Under the pieces are notes generated by a model. It saw only the letters and a list, made by a program, of their open reading frames with translations. It did not search any database and had not been told where the DNA came from. DNA of 61,995 nt, the filler included, from Actinomycetota bacterium (lineage in GTDB: Bacteria > Actinomycetota > Actinomycetes > JAKEEW01): assembly GCA_046725875.1 (NCBI GenBank). It is 3 parts of 3 records of this genome, joined end to end, with 100 filler letters (N's around TTAATTAATTAA, not from the genome) between each part and the next. Parts side by side here need not be neighbours in the genome. Positions count along the whole stretch, not along the records: positions 43,924 to 61,995 come from JBKOZJ010000104.1; 2 more parts are not named here. One strand, given 5' to 3'. Within the stretch, counting starts at the first letter, position 1. Each line of letters begins with the position of its first letter. Shown in pieces: positions 48,772-58,174 of the stretch. Made by a program: the position numbers and the translations under genes.

Positions 48772-48990
48772 ATGGGGCGCGGCCGCGCTAAGGCCAAGCA
48801 GACGAAGGTCGCTCGCCAGCTGAAGTACAGCTCGGGCGGGACCGACCTCGAATCTCTGCGTCGCGAGTTGCTCGGTGAGGACACCAGCGACAAACGCGAC
48901 GAGCCCAACGACGAGTACGACGACCTCTACGCCCGGTATGCCGATCTCGCCGAGGAGGATGGCGGCGAGAACGAGGACTCACGCAGGTAG
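48772..48990 (+). CDS. DUF3073 family protein
   Basis: MGRGRAKAKQTKVARQLKY, acidic tail. Confidence 0.93.
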   Translation: MGRGRAKAKQTKVARQLKYSSGGTDLESLRRELLGEDTSDKRDEPNDEYDDLYARYADLAEEDGGENEDSRR

Positions 48991-49120
48991 GCCAGCCGAC
49001 GAAGTCTTTGTTCCCTGACGCCCGATCGCTGGCTGCCGCTGGCAACACCGCGTTGCCTTGACTGGAAGGCATGTCCTACGGCCAGCGAGCGGCGGGTTCC
49101 GCCGTGTCCGATCGCCGTCG

Positions 49121-50194
49121 CTAAAGCGCCGTTCCGTAGGCGCCATGGAGCCTGACCCGGCCGGAGCCAGGCGTGACCGTGCCGGCGGCCCATGCGCGGA
49201 GCCCGCGCTCGGACAAGATGCGGATCGCTCGGTCTGCATCGCCCGGTGCCACGATCGCGGCCATTCCCACGCCCATGTTGAGGGTGGACTCGAGCTCGGC
49301 TTGAGCGACGTCGCCCACCGATCCAACGAGCCCGAAGATCGGCGCCGGCGCCCAGCTCGACCGGTCGACCATCGCGTCCACCCGCGGCGGCAGCACCCGC
49401 GCGAGGTTGGCCGCAAGGCCGCCGCCGGTGCAGTGGGCTAGCGCGTGTACGTCGGCGGCGGCGGCCACGGCCAGGCAGTCCCGCGCATAGACGCGGGTCG
49501 GCTCGATGAGCTCCTCGCCGAGGGACCGGCCTAGCTCGGTGACCCACCGATCGACCGTCCAGCCTGCCCGGTCGAAGAAAACATGCCTGACCAGCGAGTA
49601 ACCGTTGGAGTGCAGTCCGGTCGAAGCGATCGCGACCACGGTGTCCCCCGACCGGACACGCTCTGGGCCGAGCAGATCCGCCTCGTCGACCACCCCGGTC
49701 GCGGCCCCGGCCAGGTCGTACTCCCCGGGCCCGAGCAGGCCCGGATGCTCTGCTGTCTCGCCCCCGATCAGCGCGCAGCCGGCGACCTGGCATGCTTCCG
49801 CGATGCCCCGGACGATCGCGGCCACTCTCTCGGGGATGAGCTTTCCGCACGCAATGTAGTCGGTCAGGAAGAGCGGCTCCGCACCGGACACAACAAGATC
49901 GTCCACGACCATGCCGACCAGGTCGAAGCCGATCGTGTCGTGCTTGTCGAGCAGCTGTGCGATCGCGACCTTGGTGCCCACGCCGTCCATCGACGTCGCG
50001 AGGACCGGACTAGTCATCACCTTCAGTGCGTCGGCCCGGAATAGACCAGCGAATCCGCCCAGGCCGCCGATGACCTCCGGGCGGGTGGCCTTGCGCACCG
50101 AGGCCCGCATCAGCTCGACGGCCCGTTCCCCGGCTGCAATGTCGACCCCGGCCGCTGCATAGGTCGCCGACTCCGGCCGGGCAGCGGCCTCCAC
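49121..50194 (-). CDS. purM: Phosphoribosylformylglycinamidine cyclo-ligase
   Basis: YAAAGVDI, GGFAGL, DGVGTK, GGETAEHPG, GLHSNGYSL, NMGVGM. Confidence 0.97.
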   Translation of the reverse strand: MEAAARPESATYAAAGVDIAAGERAVELMRASVRKATRPEVIGGLGGFAGLFRADALKVMTSPVLATSMDGVGTKVAIAQLLDKHDTIGFDLVGMVVDDLVVSGAEPLFLTDYIACGKLIPERVAAIVRGIAEACQVAGCALIGGETAEHPGLLGPGEYDLAGAATGVVDEADLLGPERVRSGDTVVAIASTGLHSNGYSLVRHVFFDRAGWTVDRWVTELGRSLGEELIEPTRVYARDCLAVAAAADVHALAHCTGGGLAANLARVLPPRVDAMVDRSSWAPAPIFGLVGSVGDVAQAELESTLNMGVGMAAIVAPGDADRAIRILSERGLRAWAAGTVTPGSGRVRLHGAYGTAL

Positions 50195-51786
50195 TAGGAG
50201 GCCTCGGAGCTGCGCGTACGAGCGCGCCGCGCCTGGCTACCACTCGGCGGGCCGATGGCCGCTCCCGCTTGACCGGCGCCGGCCTGCCGGCCGACCCGGG
50301 GTGAGCCCGCCGTCGGGCCGGGATCTCCGGCGACTCGCACGCGCTCCAGCAGATGCTTGTCGAGCAGCTCAGGTTCGGGCAGCTTGATCGGATACATTCC
50401 ATCGAAGCACGCGCGGCAGAGCCGCTCCCCCGCCACCCTGGTCGCCGCGACCATCCCTTCGAGGGAGATGTACCCAAGCGAGTCGGCGCCGATCGATCGC
50501 CGGATCTCGTCGCCGGTAAGCCCGTTGGCGATCAGCTCAGCCCTGGTGGCGAAGTCGATACCGAAGAAGCACGGCCATTTGACCGGCGGGCTGGAAATGC
50601 GTACATGAACCTCCCGCGCGCCTGCCTCCCGGAGCATGCGAACCAGGGCGCGCTGGGTGTTCCCGCGCACGATCGAGTCGTCCACGACGACCAGCCGGCG
50701 GCCGTCGATGACCTCACGCAGGGTGTTGAGCTTGAGCCTGATGCCGAGCTGCCGGATCGTCTGGCTGGGCTGGATGAAGGTGCGGCCGACGTAGGAGTTC
50801 TTCACCAAACCCTGCCCATAGGGGATGCCGCTCTGCTCGGCGAAGCCGATCGCGGCCGGCGTGCCCGACTCGGGAGTCGGAATCACCAGGTCGGCGGCGA
50901 CCGGTGCCTCCCGAGCGAGCGTGCGGCCCATCTCCAACCGCGCGGTGTGTACAGACCTGCCAGCGATCGTGGTGTCCGGCCGAGCCAGGTAGACGTACTC
51001 GAAAACGCAGCCGGCCGGGCGCGCCTCGGCAAATCTGCGCGACCGCAAGCCATGCTCGTCGATCGCGATGAGCTCGCCCGGGTCGACCTCACGAACAAAG
51101 CTAGCCCCCACGATGTCCAGCGCCGCCGTTTCGCTCGCCACGACCCAGCCGCTGTCCAGCCGGCCAAGCACCAGCGGCCGGAAGCCGTGCGGGTCGCGCG
51201 CAGCATAGAGCGTGGTCTCGTCCATGAAGACGAAGCTGTACGCACCGTCCAGGGTGGGCAGCACGTCGAGCGCGGCGGCCTCGATCGACCGGTCGGGCTG
51301 GCTGGCGAGCAGCTCGGCAACGAGGTCGGTATCGCTGGTCGCCGCCCGGGTGCCCGGCGGGGCGTGCTGACGGGTCCCGGAGGCGATCAAATCGCCGGTG
51401 TTGACCAGATTGCCGTTATGCGCCAGCGCGATCGAGCCAGTGGAGGTGGACTTGAAGGTGGGCTGGGCGTTCTCCCACACGGAGGAGCCGCTCGTGGAGT
51501 AGCGGCAATGACCGACGGCGAGGTGTCCGCGCAGCGACTCCAGGGTGGCCTCGTCGAAGACCTGGGCCACCAGGCCCATGTCCTTGTAGACCACGATCTG
51601 CGAACCGTTGCCGACCGCAATGCCCGCCGACTCCTGCCCGCGGTGTTGCAGCGCGTAAAGCCCGAAATAGGCCAGCTTCGAGACATCCTCCCCCGGCGCC
51701 CAGACGCCGAAGACGCCGCATGCGTCGCGCGGGCCTTTCTCGTCGGGGAGGAGATCGTGGCTCAGCCGTCCATCACCGCCTGGCAC
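50194..51786 (-). CDS. purF: Amidophosphoribosyltransferase
   Basis: CGVFG, LQHRGQE, HNGN, VVDDSIVRGNT, CRAC. Confidence 0.97.
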   Translation of the reverse strand: MPGGDGRLSHDLLPDEKGPRDACGVFGVWAPGEDVSKLAYFGLYALQHRGQESAGIAVGNGSQIVVYKDMGLVAQVFDEATLESLRGHLAVGHCRYSTSGSSVWENAQPTFKSTSTGSIALAHNGNLVNTGDLIASGTRQHAPPGTRAATSDTDLVAELLASQPDRSIEAAALDVLPTLDGAYSFVFMDETTLYAARDPHGFRPLVLGRLDSGWVVASETAALDIVGASFVREVDPGELIAIDEHGLRSRRFAEARPAGCVFEYVYLARPDTTIAGRSVHTARLEMGRTLAREAPVAADLVIPTPESGTPAAIGFAEQSGIPYGQGLVKNSYVGRTFIQPSQTIRQLGIRLKLNTLREVIDGRRLVVVDDSIVRGNTQRALVRMLREAGAREVHVRISSPPVKWPCFFGIDFATRAELIANGLTGDEIRRSIGADSLGYISLEGMVAATRVAGERLCRACFDGMYPIKLPEPELLDKHLLERVRVAGDPGPTAGSPRVGRQAGAGQAGAAIGPPSGSQARRARTRSSEAS

Positions 51787-51869
51787 GCCCGAAGTCTACG
51801 CGGCGAGACCATGCCCCAGCCGTCAAGCAGAGGCACCGTCGCCCTCACGCCGCGTAAAGCTCGGGCGGC

Positions 51870-53405
51870 TCAGAATTCGGCGGTCGGGGTCCAGGTGCCA
51901 TGGACGCCGCGGAGGACCGAGACGATCTCGCCGACTGTGGCATACGCAGACACGGCCGCTACACACGGCTCGACCACGTTGTCGCCGGCGGCGGCCGCTT
52001 GCCGCAGATCAGCAAGGGCGCGCTCCACCGCCGGTGCCGATCGCCGCGCCCGGACGGCTTCCACGGCGGCAACTTGTTCCGCCTCCACGCCCGGCTCAAC
52101 CGCGAAGACCTCGATCGGCTCCGGCGGGACCGCGAACCTGTTCACGCCGACGACAACCCGCTCGCCGGTCTCGACCGCTCGGGCCGCCCGATAGGCCGCA
52201 TCCGCGAGCTGCCGCGCGTACCACCCGGAGTCGATGCACGCCAGTGACCCACCGCGGTCCTCGATCTCCCGCATCAGCGCGACGATCCGCTGCTCCAGCG
52301 AATCGGTGAGCGACTCGACGACGTATGACCCGGCGAGCGGATCGACGGTCGATGTGAGGCCGGTCTCGAACGCGACGACCTGCTGGGTGCGGAGGGCAAG
52401 CGTCGCCGCGGCCTCGGTGGGCACACCGACCGCCTCGTCGTACGCGCATACGTGCATCGTCTGCACGCCGCCCAGCGCCGCGGCCAACGCCTCGACCGCG
52501 GTCCGCGCGACATTGGTCAGCGGCTGCTGGGCCGTCAACGACGACCCCGCCGTGAAAACGAAGATGCGCAACTGCATCGACCGCGGGTCGACGGCGCCGT
52601 AGCGGTCGCGCAGCAGCTTCGCCCAAACCCGGCGAGCCGCCCGGAACTTTGCAACCTCGGCCAGGACGTCCATGGTCGTCGACAGGAACGTGTAGAGGGT
52701 CGGCGCGACCGCGTCCACCGGCACGCCACGGGCAATGGCGGCGTCGAGATAGGCGATTGCGTTGGAGGAGGTGAACGCGATCTCCTGGGCCGCATCCGAG
52801 CCGGCTTCCCTGATGTGGTAGCCGCTCACAGCCAGCGGCGTCCACCGTGGCACGTGCTTTGTCGCGTACTCGACCACGTCAACCGCGAGCCGCAACGACG
52901 GCTCGGGCGGAAAGATCTGAGTGCCGCGCGCGATGAATTCCTTGAGTACGTCGTTCTGAATGAAGAGCCCGAAGGCATTCGGGTCGGCACCCCGGCTGCG
53001 GGCGAGTGCGACGAAGAACGCCGCCCAGAGGTAGCCGATAGCGTTGGCCGTCGTCCTGACCTGGCCGATCTGTTCGAGCGGTATGCCCGCCATCAATGTC
53101 TCGATGTCGGCCAGCGAGTCGATCGCGACGCCGACCCGGCCAACCTCGCCCGCCGCCCGCGCATCGTCCGAGTCGAGGCCCATTTGGGTGGGCAGATCGA
53201 GCGCGACCGAGAAGCCAGTGACGCCCGCGTCGAGCAGCGCGCGGAACCGCCGATTGGTCTGCGCCGGCGTGCCGAAGCCCGCGTACTGCCCCATGATCCA
53301 TGGCTTGGGTTCCGGGGAGATGCCTCTTGTGTACGGGAACTCGCCCGGGTGCTCGGCGCCATCGGGCGCCAGGAACGGCGGCACCTGCGGATCGGACCTG
53401 GTCAT
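51870..53405 (-). CDS. Divergent AdoCbl-dependent acyl-CoA mutase large subunit (no B12-binding domain)
   Basis: PGEFPYTRG, QYAGFG, DLPTQMGLDSD, GEVGRVGVAIDS, IQNDVLKE, GYHIREAG, DEA, RTQQ, DPLAGS, VGVNRF, ATVGEI; no DxHxxG. Confidence 0.9.
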   Translation of the reverse strand: MTRSDPQVPPFLAPDGAEHPGEFPYTRGISPEPKPWIMGQYAGFGTPAQTNRRFRALLDAGVTGFSVALDLPTQMGLDSDDARAAGEVGRVGVAIDSLADIETLMAGIPLEQIGQVRTTANAIGYLWAAFFVALARSRGADPNAFGLFIQNDVLKEFIARGTQIFPPEPSLRLAVDVVEYATKHVPRWTPLAVSGYHIREAGSDAAQEIAFTSSNAIAYLDAAIARGVPVDAVAPTLYTFLSTTMDVLAEVAKFRAARRVWAKLLRDRYGAVDPRSMQLRIFVFTAGSSLTAQQPLTNVARTAVEALAAALGGVQTMHVCAYDEAVGVPTEAAATLALRTQQVVAFETGLTSTVDPLAGSYVVESLTDSLEQRIVALMREIEDRGGSLACIDSGWYARQLADAAYRAARAVETGERVVVGVNRFAVPPEPIEVFAVEPGVEAEQVAAVEAVRARRSAPAVERALADLRQAAAAGDNVVEPCVAAVSAYATVGEIVSVLRGVHGTWTPTAEF

Positions 53406-54997
53406 CGCTCGCCCGCTTGCGGTGCAGAACCTGTCACCGGGTCGAGGACACCTGGTCGGGCATCCGCCCGGAGCTTGCCGGCCTCGAGCTGCTCGCGCAG
53501 CACCTTCTTGGCGATCTTCCCGGTCGAGTTGAGCGGGAACGCGGCCACGCGCCGCACGTCTTTGGGTTTCTTGTACGACGCGAGCGCGGCGCGGCAGTGC
53601 TCGAGTATCTGCTCGGCGGTCACGGTCGCCCCGGGATGAGTCGTGTATAGCGCGGTGACCCGCTCTCCCCAGTCGGGGTCGCTCACCCCGACGACGGCCA
53701 CTTCGTGCACTCCCGGCACGGCGGCAATGACGTCCTCGATCTCCCGCGGATAGATGTTGTAGCCCCCTGAGATGATCATGTCGCCCTTGCGGTCGACAAG
53801 GTAGAGGTAGCCGTCATCGTCCAGCTGGCCGAGATCACCCGTGTGCAGCGAGCCGTTGACAACGGTCTTCACATCCTCGCTCGCGCGGCGCCAGTAGCCG
53901 GTCATCACGTGGTCGCCCCGCGTCACCACTTCGCCAACGGTGCCCGGCCCGACGGGCAGTCCCTCGTCGTCGACCACCCAGAGGTCGACGGCAAGGCACG
54001 CCCGGCCGGCCGATGTCAGCAGATCGCTCGCTTGGGATAGGCCGCGCTCGTGGTCGGCCCGGTCGAGCACGGTCACCGGCGGGATCGCCTCGACCAGGCC
54101 GTAATACTGCACGAGGTTTGGCGTGATCCGCTCGTGCGCCTGGCGGATCTGCTCCGGCGCCATGGGCGCTCCTGCGTAGCCGAGCATCTGCAGCCCCCGC
54201 ATCCGATCCGGTGTGCAGTCGGGCCGGGCGAGCAGCCGCGCGACCATGGTCGGGACCAGCGCGGTCGCCGTACCGCCGCGATTCTCGACGGCATCGAGCA
54301 GGGCTTCGGGGTCGTAGTCGGGGAGGATGAGCTGGCGCGCGCCGTAGGCGAGGTAGGGCAGGGTGAACAGCCCGCTGGTATGCGTCACCGGGCCGGCGTG
54401 CACCCACACGTCGTCCTCGTCTGGGCGAATGGGGAGGATATCGGTGATCATGTTCCGCAGACTGGCCAACCGGTTGCGGTGGGTGCGCTTGGCCCCCTTC
54501 GGCCGGCCGGTCGTGCCGGAGGAGTAGTTCAGCGACACCAGGTCGTCAGCGCTTCCGGTTGGGCGGGGAAGCCGGCCGCCGGCGGTTGCCAACTTCTCGT
54601 ACGGGACGCCGGGCCCGTCGCCGATCACGAGCACGTGACGCGTGCCGGCGCGCAGGTCCTCGGTCTGCTCGGCAAAGCGGGCGTCGTAGATCAGGGCGCT
54701 GGCCGCGCAGTCTTGGGCAATGTACGCCCAGTCCTCCGGGCGCAGCCGGTAGTTGAGCGCCACTCGTACGAGACCAGTGCAGGCCAGGGCGAGGTCCGTC
54801 TCGACGTAGCTGACCTGATTGGTCTGCAGGTCGAGCACGCGATCGCCGGGCTGGAGGCCGAGCCGGTGCAGGCCGGCCGCGACAGCGCCGATCCGCTGGC
54901 CGAGCTCGGCGAATGTTCGCGTCCCACCCGGTCCCTCCAGCGCGATCCGGTCACCGTAGCGGCGGACCGCCCGGGCGATGACGTCACCCACCTGCAT
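53402..54997 (-). CDS. AMP-forming acyl-CoA synthetase / ANL ligase
   Basis: YSSGTTGRPKG, YYGLVE, LHTGDLG, DRKGDMIISGGYNIYP, TGKI; GGAGG RBS before ATG 54997; stop overlaps mutase start (ATGA). Confidence 0.93.
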   Translation of the reverse strand: MQVGDVIARAVRRYGDRIALEGPGGTRTFAELGQRIGAVAAGLHRLGLQPGDRVLDLQTNQVSYVETDLALACTGLVRVALNYRLRPEDWAYIAQDCAASALIYDARFAEQTEDLRAGTRHVLVIGDGPGVPYEKLATAGGRLPRPTGSADDLVSLNYSSGTTGRPKGAKRTHRNRLASLRNMITDILPIRPDEDDVWVHAGPVTHTSGLFTLPYLAYGARQLILPDYDPEALLDAVENRGGTATALVPTMVARLLARPDCTPDRMRGLQMLGYAGAPMAPEQIRQAHERITPNLVQYYGLVEAIPPVTVLDRADHERGLSQASDLLTSAGRACLAVDLWVVDDEGLPVGPGTVGEVVTRGDHVMTGYWRRASEDVKTVVNGSLHTGDLGQLDDDGYLYLVDRKGDMIISGGYNIYPREIEDVIAAVPGVHEVAVVGVSDPDWGERVTALYTTHPGATVTAEQILEHCRAALASYKKPKDVRRVAAFPLNSTGKIAKKVLREQLEAGKLRADARPGVLDPVTGSAPQAGER

Positions 54998-55840
54998 CTC
55001 GTGTGCCCTCCATCCACCATCATCGTGGCAGCCGGCCGCAGCGTGAGCCTGTGCAGTCCCGGACGAGCACCAAATGGTGAAATGACCCACGCTTTCAAAC
55101 GGTGTGCGCGCCACTAGTACAGGCGACCGGGCGAGGGCGAATCGCCGGGCATCTTCGCTGCGCAGCGTGACCATCCGTTGGACGCGTGAGCCACGCCGTG
55201 CCGCGCGACTTCCGAATGTGGGTGTGCGTGCCCGAGGACCGACAACCACGCCGTGGCGCTCGGCCGCGGCATCCCGACCCGGTCCTCGACCGTACGGCGC
55301 GGAATCTGCCGCCGGTGTGCCCATGCTTCCACGCAGCGATCATTCCTTGGCATCTGCGCGCACGAACAGCCCTCGCGTGATCAACCCCTGGCATTATGGC
55401 GGCACCCAGCAGCCCGAGTGGATCATTCCGCGGCATTGCTGCAGGAGTTTGATCACCCTTTGGATCGGAGCGTGGCATCTCTGCAGCACGAAATCGACGA
55501 TTCCTTCAGGCAGAACTGCCAACCCTTGATCCAACAGGTGATCAACTTGCGGCAGCAGTGCCTCACTCTGATCGTCATCAAATCCAGGGTGATGCACCGC
55601 TGCCACGACCTGATCGGCGGGTGAAGCGCCCCAGCGCATTGACGTTCCGAATATAGGAGACCAGCTGGCTGCCCGCCGACAGCGGACGGATGACCACTTC
55701 GGTGACGCCCAGGTACTCCGTTGGGCTTGATTGCCAGCGCCGAGCACCGGCCGGGGAGCCGCAGTCGACCGGATCAGATGTGGGGTGGATCATGGAGCCT
55801 TGAAGTGCAACCGCTGTGGGCAGGCCGGGGTTCTGAGGGT

Positions 55841-56605
55841 GTGATGACTGAAGCGGCTCCTGCGGGGGGCAAGCCCCCCGCATACCCCCCGTTCCAGGCT
55901 GCGGTTCTGGCGGCCCCTGCGTTCCAGGCTGCGGGCGGCAAGCATCCCTACCCCCCGTTCGAAGCCGCCGAGGGAGGCATTCTCGATGCGTACTCGGCCT
56001 CACCGGGGGTGGATGCCGATGATCGCGGCATTGCGGCCGAGCACGAGGACGACGTCCGGCGGGCGCTCGTCCTCGACCTCGACGGCGGGTTCGTCGCGCT
56101 CTACGACGCCTACCAAGGCGTGGTCTTCTCCGTAGCCCTTCGGCTGTGCGGTCGCTGGGCGGACGCGGAGGACCTGAGCGCCGAGGCGTTTCTGCGTGCC
56201 TACCGTGCGCTGGCCGGCTATCCAATGGATCGCTTGGCAGTGCTGCGGCCGCGATCTTGGTTGGTCACGATTCTGCTCAACGTGTGGCGAAACAGCCGCC
56301 GGGCCGCGGGCCGGCGGACCCGCTCGGCCCCGCTCGACCATGCTCCGGAACCGGCCGACCCGAACGCGGACGTAGAACGGGCGGTCGAACGAGCCGAGAC
56401 CGAGAGGGAGCTGGCCGGGCTGTTGCGCGAGCTGCCCGAGGCCCAGCGGATCGCGGTGGTCTTGCGGCACGTGGTCGACCTGTCTATCGCGGAGATCGCG
56501 GACGTGCTCGACCGACCGGAAGGAACCGTGAAGTCGCACATCTCGCGCGGCCTGACCCGGCTGCGCGAGCTCCAGGCCAAGCAACACGAGGTGTCCAATG
56601 ACTGA
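55841..56605 (+). CDS. ECF RNA polymerase sigma factor
   Basis: DAEDLSAEAFLRAY, RSWL (region 2); LPEAQR...IAEIADVL..PEGTVKSHISRG (region 4); GCAACC-N17-GTTC just upstream. Confidence 0.92.
   Translation: MMTEAAPAGGKPPAYPPFQAAVLAAPAFQAAGGKHPYPPFEAAEGGILDAYSASPGVDADDRGIAAEHEDDVRRALVLDLDGGFVALYDAYQGVVFSVALRLCGRWADAEDLSAEAFLRAYRALAGYPMDRLAVLRPRSWLVTILLNVWRNSRRAAGRRTRSAPLDHAPEPADPNADVERAVERAETERELAGLLRELPEAQRIAVVLRHVVDLSIAEIADVLDRPEGTVKSHISRGLTRLRELQAKQHEVSND
55862..55957 (+). repeat. Two copies (one degenerate) of the G6-N4-C6 palindromic repeat inside ECF sigma 5' end
   Basis: 55862-55891 GCGGGGGGCAAGCCCCCCGCATACCCCCCG (perfect 9-bp stem); 55931-55957 GCGGGCGGCAAGCATCCCTACCCCCCG. Confidence 0.6.
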
Positions 56606-57359
56606 TGAACTGCTCACCATCGAGCTCGGGGCGCTTGCCACCGACGCCCCGTCCGGACTGCTCGACCGAGTCGCCGCTCGCTGGGTTCAGGTGCCCGGTC
56701 CGATCGGGGAGCTGTACGTGGCCACGACCGACCAGGGAATCGCGTACGTACACATGGAGCCGTCAGTAGGCGACGACACGACCTTCGCGGCCTCCTTCCG
56801 GAAGCGATTCGGCCGCCCGCTGCTCCCAGCGAGCCGCCCGCCGGCCGGACTCACCACCGCACTTCGAACGGGGAATGCCGCCGGGCTGCGATTCGACCTG
56901 CGTGGGTCGACCGAGTTCGACCAGGCGGTCCTACGGTCAGCATTGACGATTCCGCGCGGAGAGATCCGGCCGTACTCCTGGATCGCTCGGGAGATTGGCC
57001 GCCCGCGTGCGGTGCGCGCGGTCGGGTCGGCGCTTGCCCGCAACCCGGTGCCTGTCCTGATCCCCTGCCACCGGATCACCCGCGCCGACGGGACGATCGG
57101 AGACTACGTCTTCGGGTCGCCGGTCAAGGAGTCGCTCCTGCGCGCCGAGCACGTGAACCTGGACGACATGCGGGAGCTTGCTCGCTCCGGCGCCTACTTC
57201 GTCGGCAGCGACACGACCGGCATCTTCTGCTTCCCGACCTGCCCGAACGGCCGCCGCATCACGCTCCGGCACCGGCATGACTTCCGCACCGTCGACGAAG
57301 CCGTGGCGGCGGGCTACCGGCCGTGCCGGCACTGCCGACCCGCCGAGGCGGCGTCGTGA
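56598..57359 (+). CDS. Methylated-DNA-protein-cysteine methyltransferase fused to C-terminal Ada Zn domain
   Basis: AVRAVGSALARNP, PCHR; C-terminal TTGIFCFPTC...GYRPCRHCRP. Confidence 0.93.
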   Translation: MTDELLTIELGALATDAPSGLLDRVAARWVQVPGPIGELYVATTDQGIAYVHMEPSVGDDTTFAASFRKRFGRPLLPASRPPAGLTTALRTGNAAGLRFDLRGSTEFDQAVLRSALTIPRGEIRPYSWIAREIGRPRAVRAVGSALARNPVPVLIPCHRITRADGTIGDYVFGSPVKESLLRAEHVNLDDMRELARSGAYFVGSDTTGIFCFPTCPNGRRITLRHRHDFRTVDEAVAAGYRPCRHCRPAEAAS

Positions 57360-57522
57360 GCCGCCTGACAGCGGATCTCTTCCTGGCGGTTCGACTGAGG
57401 TGTTCCCGCACGCCAACCCGGCAGATGTGCGGCCCTTCAGTCAGACATATCGCCTGAGCGGGCCGCCTCATGCGCGGAGAGTAGCCTGCTGTCCGAGGAG
57501 TACGAGCTAAGCAGGAGGACGG

Positions 57523-58131
57523 ATGGCTTCCGCCAAACCGGAGTCCGAGAGCGTCAACCCGCGACCCGCAGGCGCCGCGAAGTTGCAGTCGGCCGACGCG
57601 AAATCGCGATCCGCCGTGCGCGAGAAGCCGCAGTCGGCCGACGCGAAATCGCGATCCGCGGTGCGCGAGAAGCCGCAGTCGGCCGGCGCGAAAACGCGAT
57701 CCGCGGTGCGCGAGAAGCCGCAGTCGGCCGACGCGAAAACGCGATCCGCCGTGCGCGAGAAGCCGCAGTCGACCGACGCGAAAACGCGATCCGCGGTGCG
57801 CGAGAAGCCGCAGTCGACCGGCGCGAAAACGCGATCCGCGGTGCGCGAGAAGCCGCAGTCGGCCGGCGCGAAAAAGCCATCCGCAACGCGCGAGACGCCG
57901 CGGCCGGGGGTGGCCCCGAAGGCAGAGTCAAAGGCCGCGCCGGTTGAGAGCGTCGAGGTAAAGGGCGCCGGCGAGGAAGCGAAGCAGAAGTTCCGGGAGG
58001 CGCTCGAACGCAAGCGCAATCAGCAGGGGGACCACGGCACCGGTTTTGCCGGCCCCGACTCGTCCAAGATCCATGGTGCCCAGGGGCCGGCCTTCAGCCG
58101 GCGTACCTTCCGCCGCAAAGCCGGTAGCTAA
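57523..58131 (+). CDS. DUF5302-type protein with N-terminal tandem repeats
   Basis: AGGAGG RBS; C-terminus KFREALERK...SKIHG...RTFRRKAG. Confidence 0.8.
   Translation: MASAKPESESVNPRPAGAAKLQSADAKSRSAVREKPQSADAKSRSAVREKPQSAGAKTRSAVREKPQSADAKTRSAVREKPQSTDAKTRSAVREKPQSTGAKTRSAVREKPQSAGAKKPSATRETPRPGVAPKAESKAAPVESVEVKGAGEEAKQKFREALERKRNQQGDHGTGFAGPDSSKIHGAQGPAFSRRTFRRKAGS
57586..57900 (+). repeat. Intragenic tandem repeat, 7 x 45 bp
   Basis: Unit cagtcggccgacgcgaaaacgcgatccgcggtgcgcgagaagccg encoding QSADAKTRSAVREKP; last copy degenerate. Confidence 0.95.
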
Positions 58132-58174
58132 CCCCGACCCGGCAGGTCCGGTCATCTGACAACACAATGGGATC

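Noticed and set aside
50353..52194. Long antisense ORFs (613 aa here; also 7337-8530, 11254-12342, 41687-42820, 52452-53639, 59595-60734)
   Set aside because: Shadows of real genes on the opposite strand caused by high GC3; no motifs.
55000..55400. Cobalamin riboswitch upstream of the ligase-mutase pair
   Set aside because: No GGGAA / CGGTG / GCCACTG core in the right order on the minus strand.
57586..57900. Possible CRISPR array
   Set aside because: Units are contiguous with no unique spacers, keep frame inside a CDS, and no cas genes are present.
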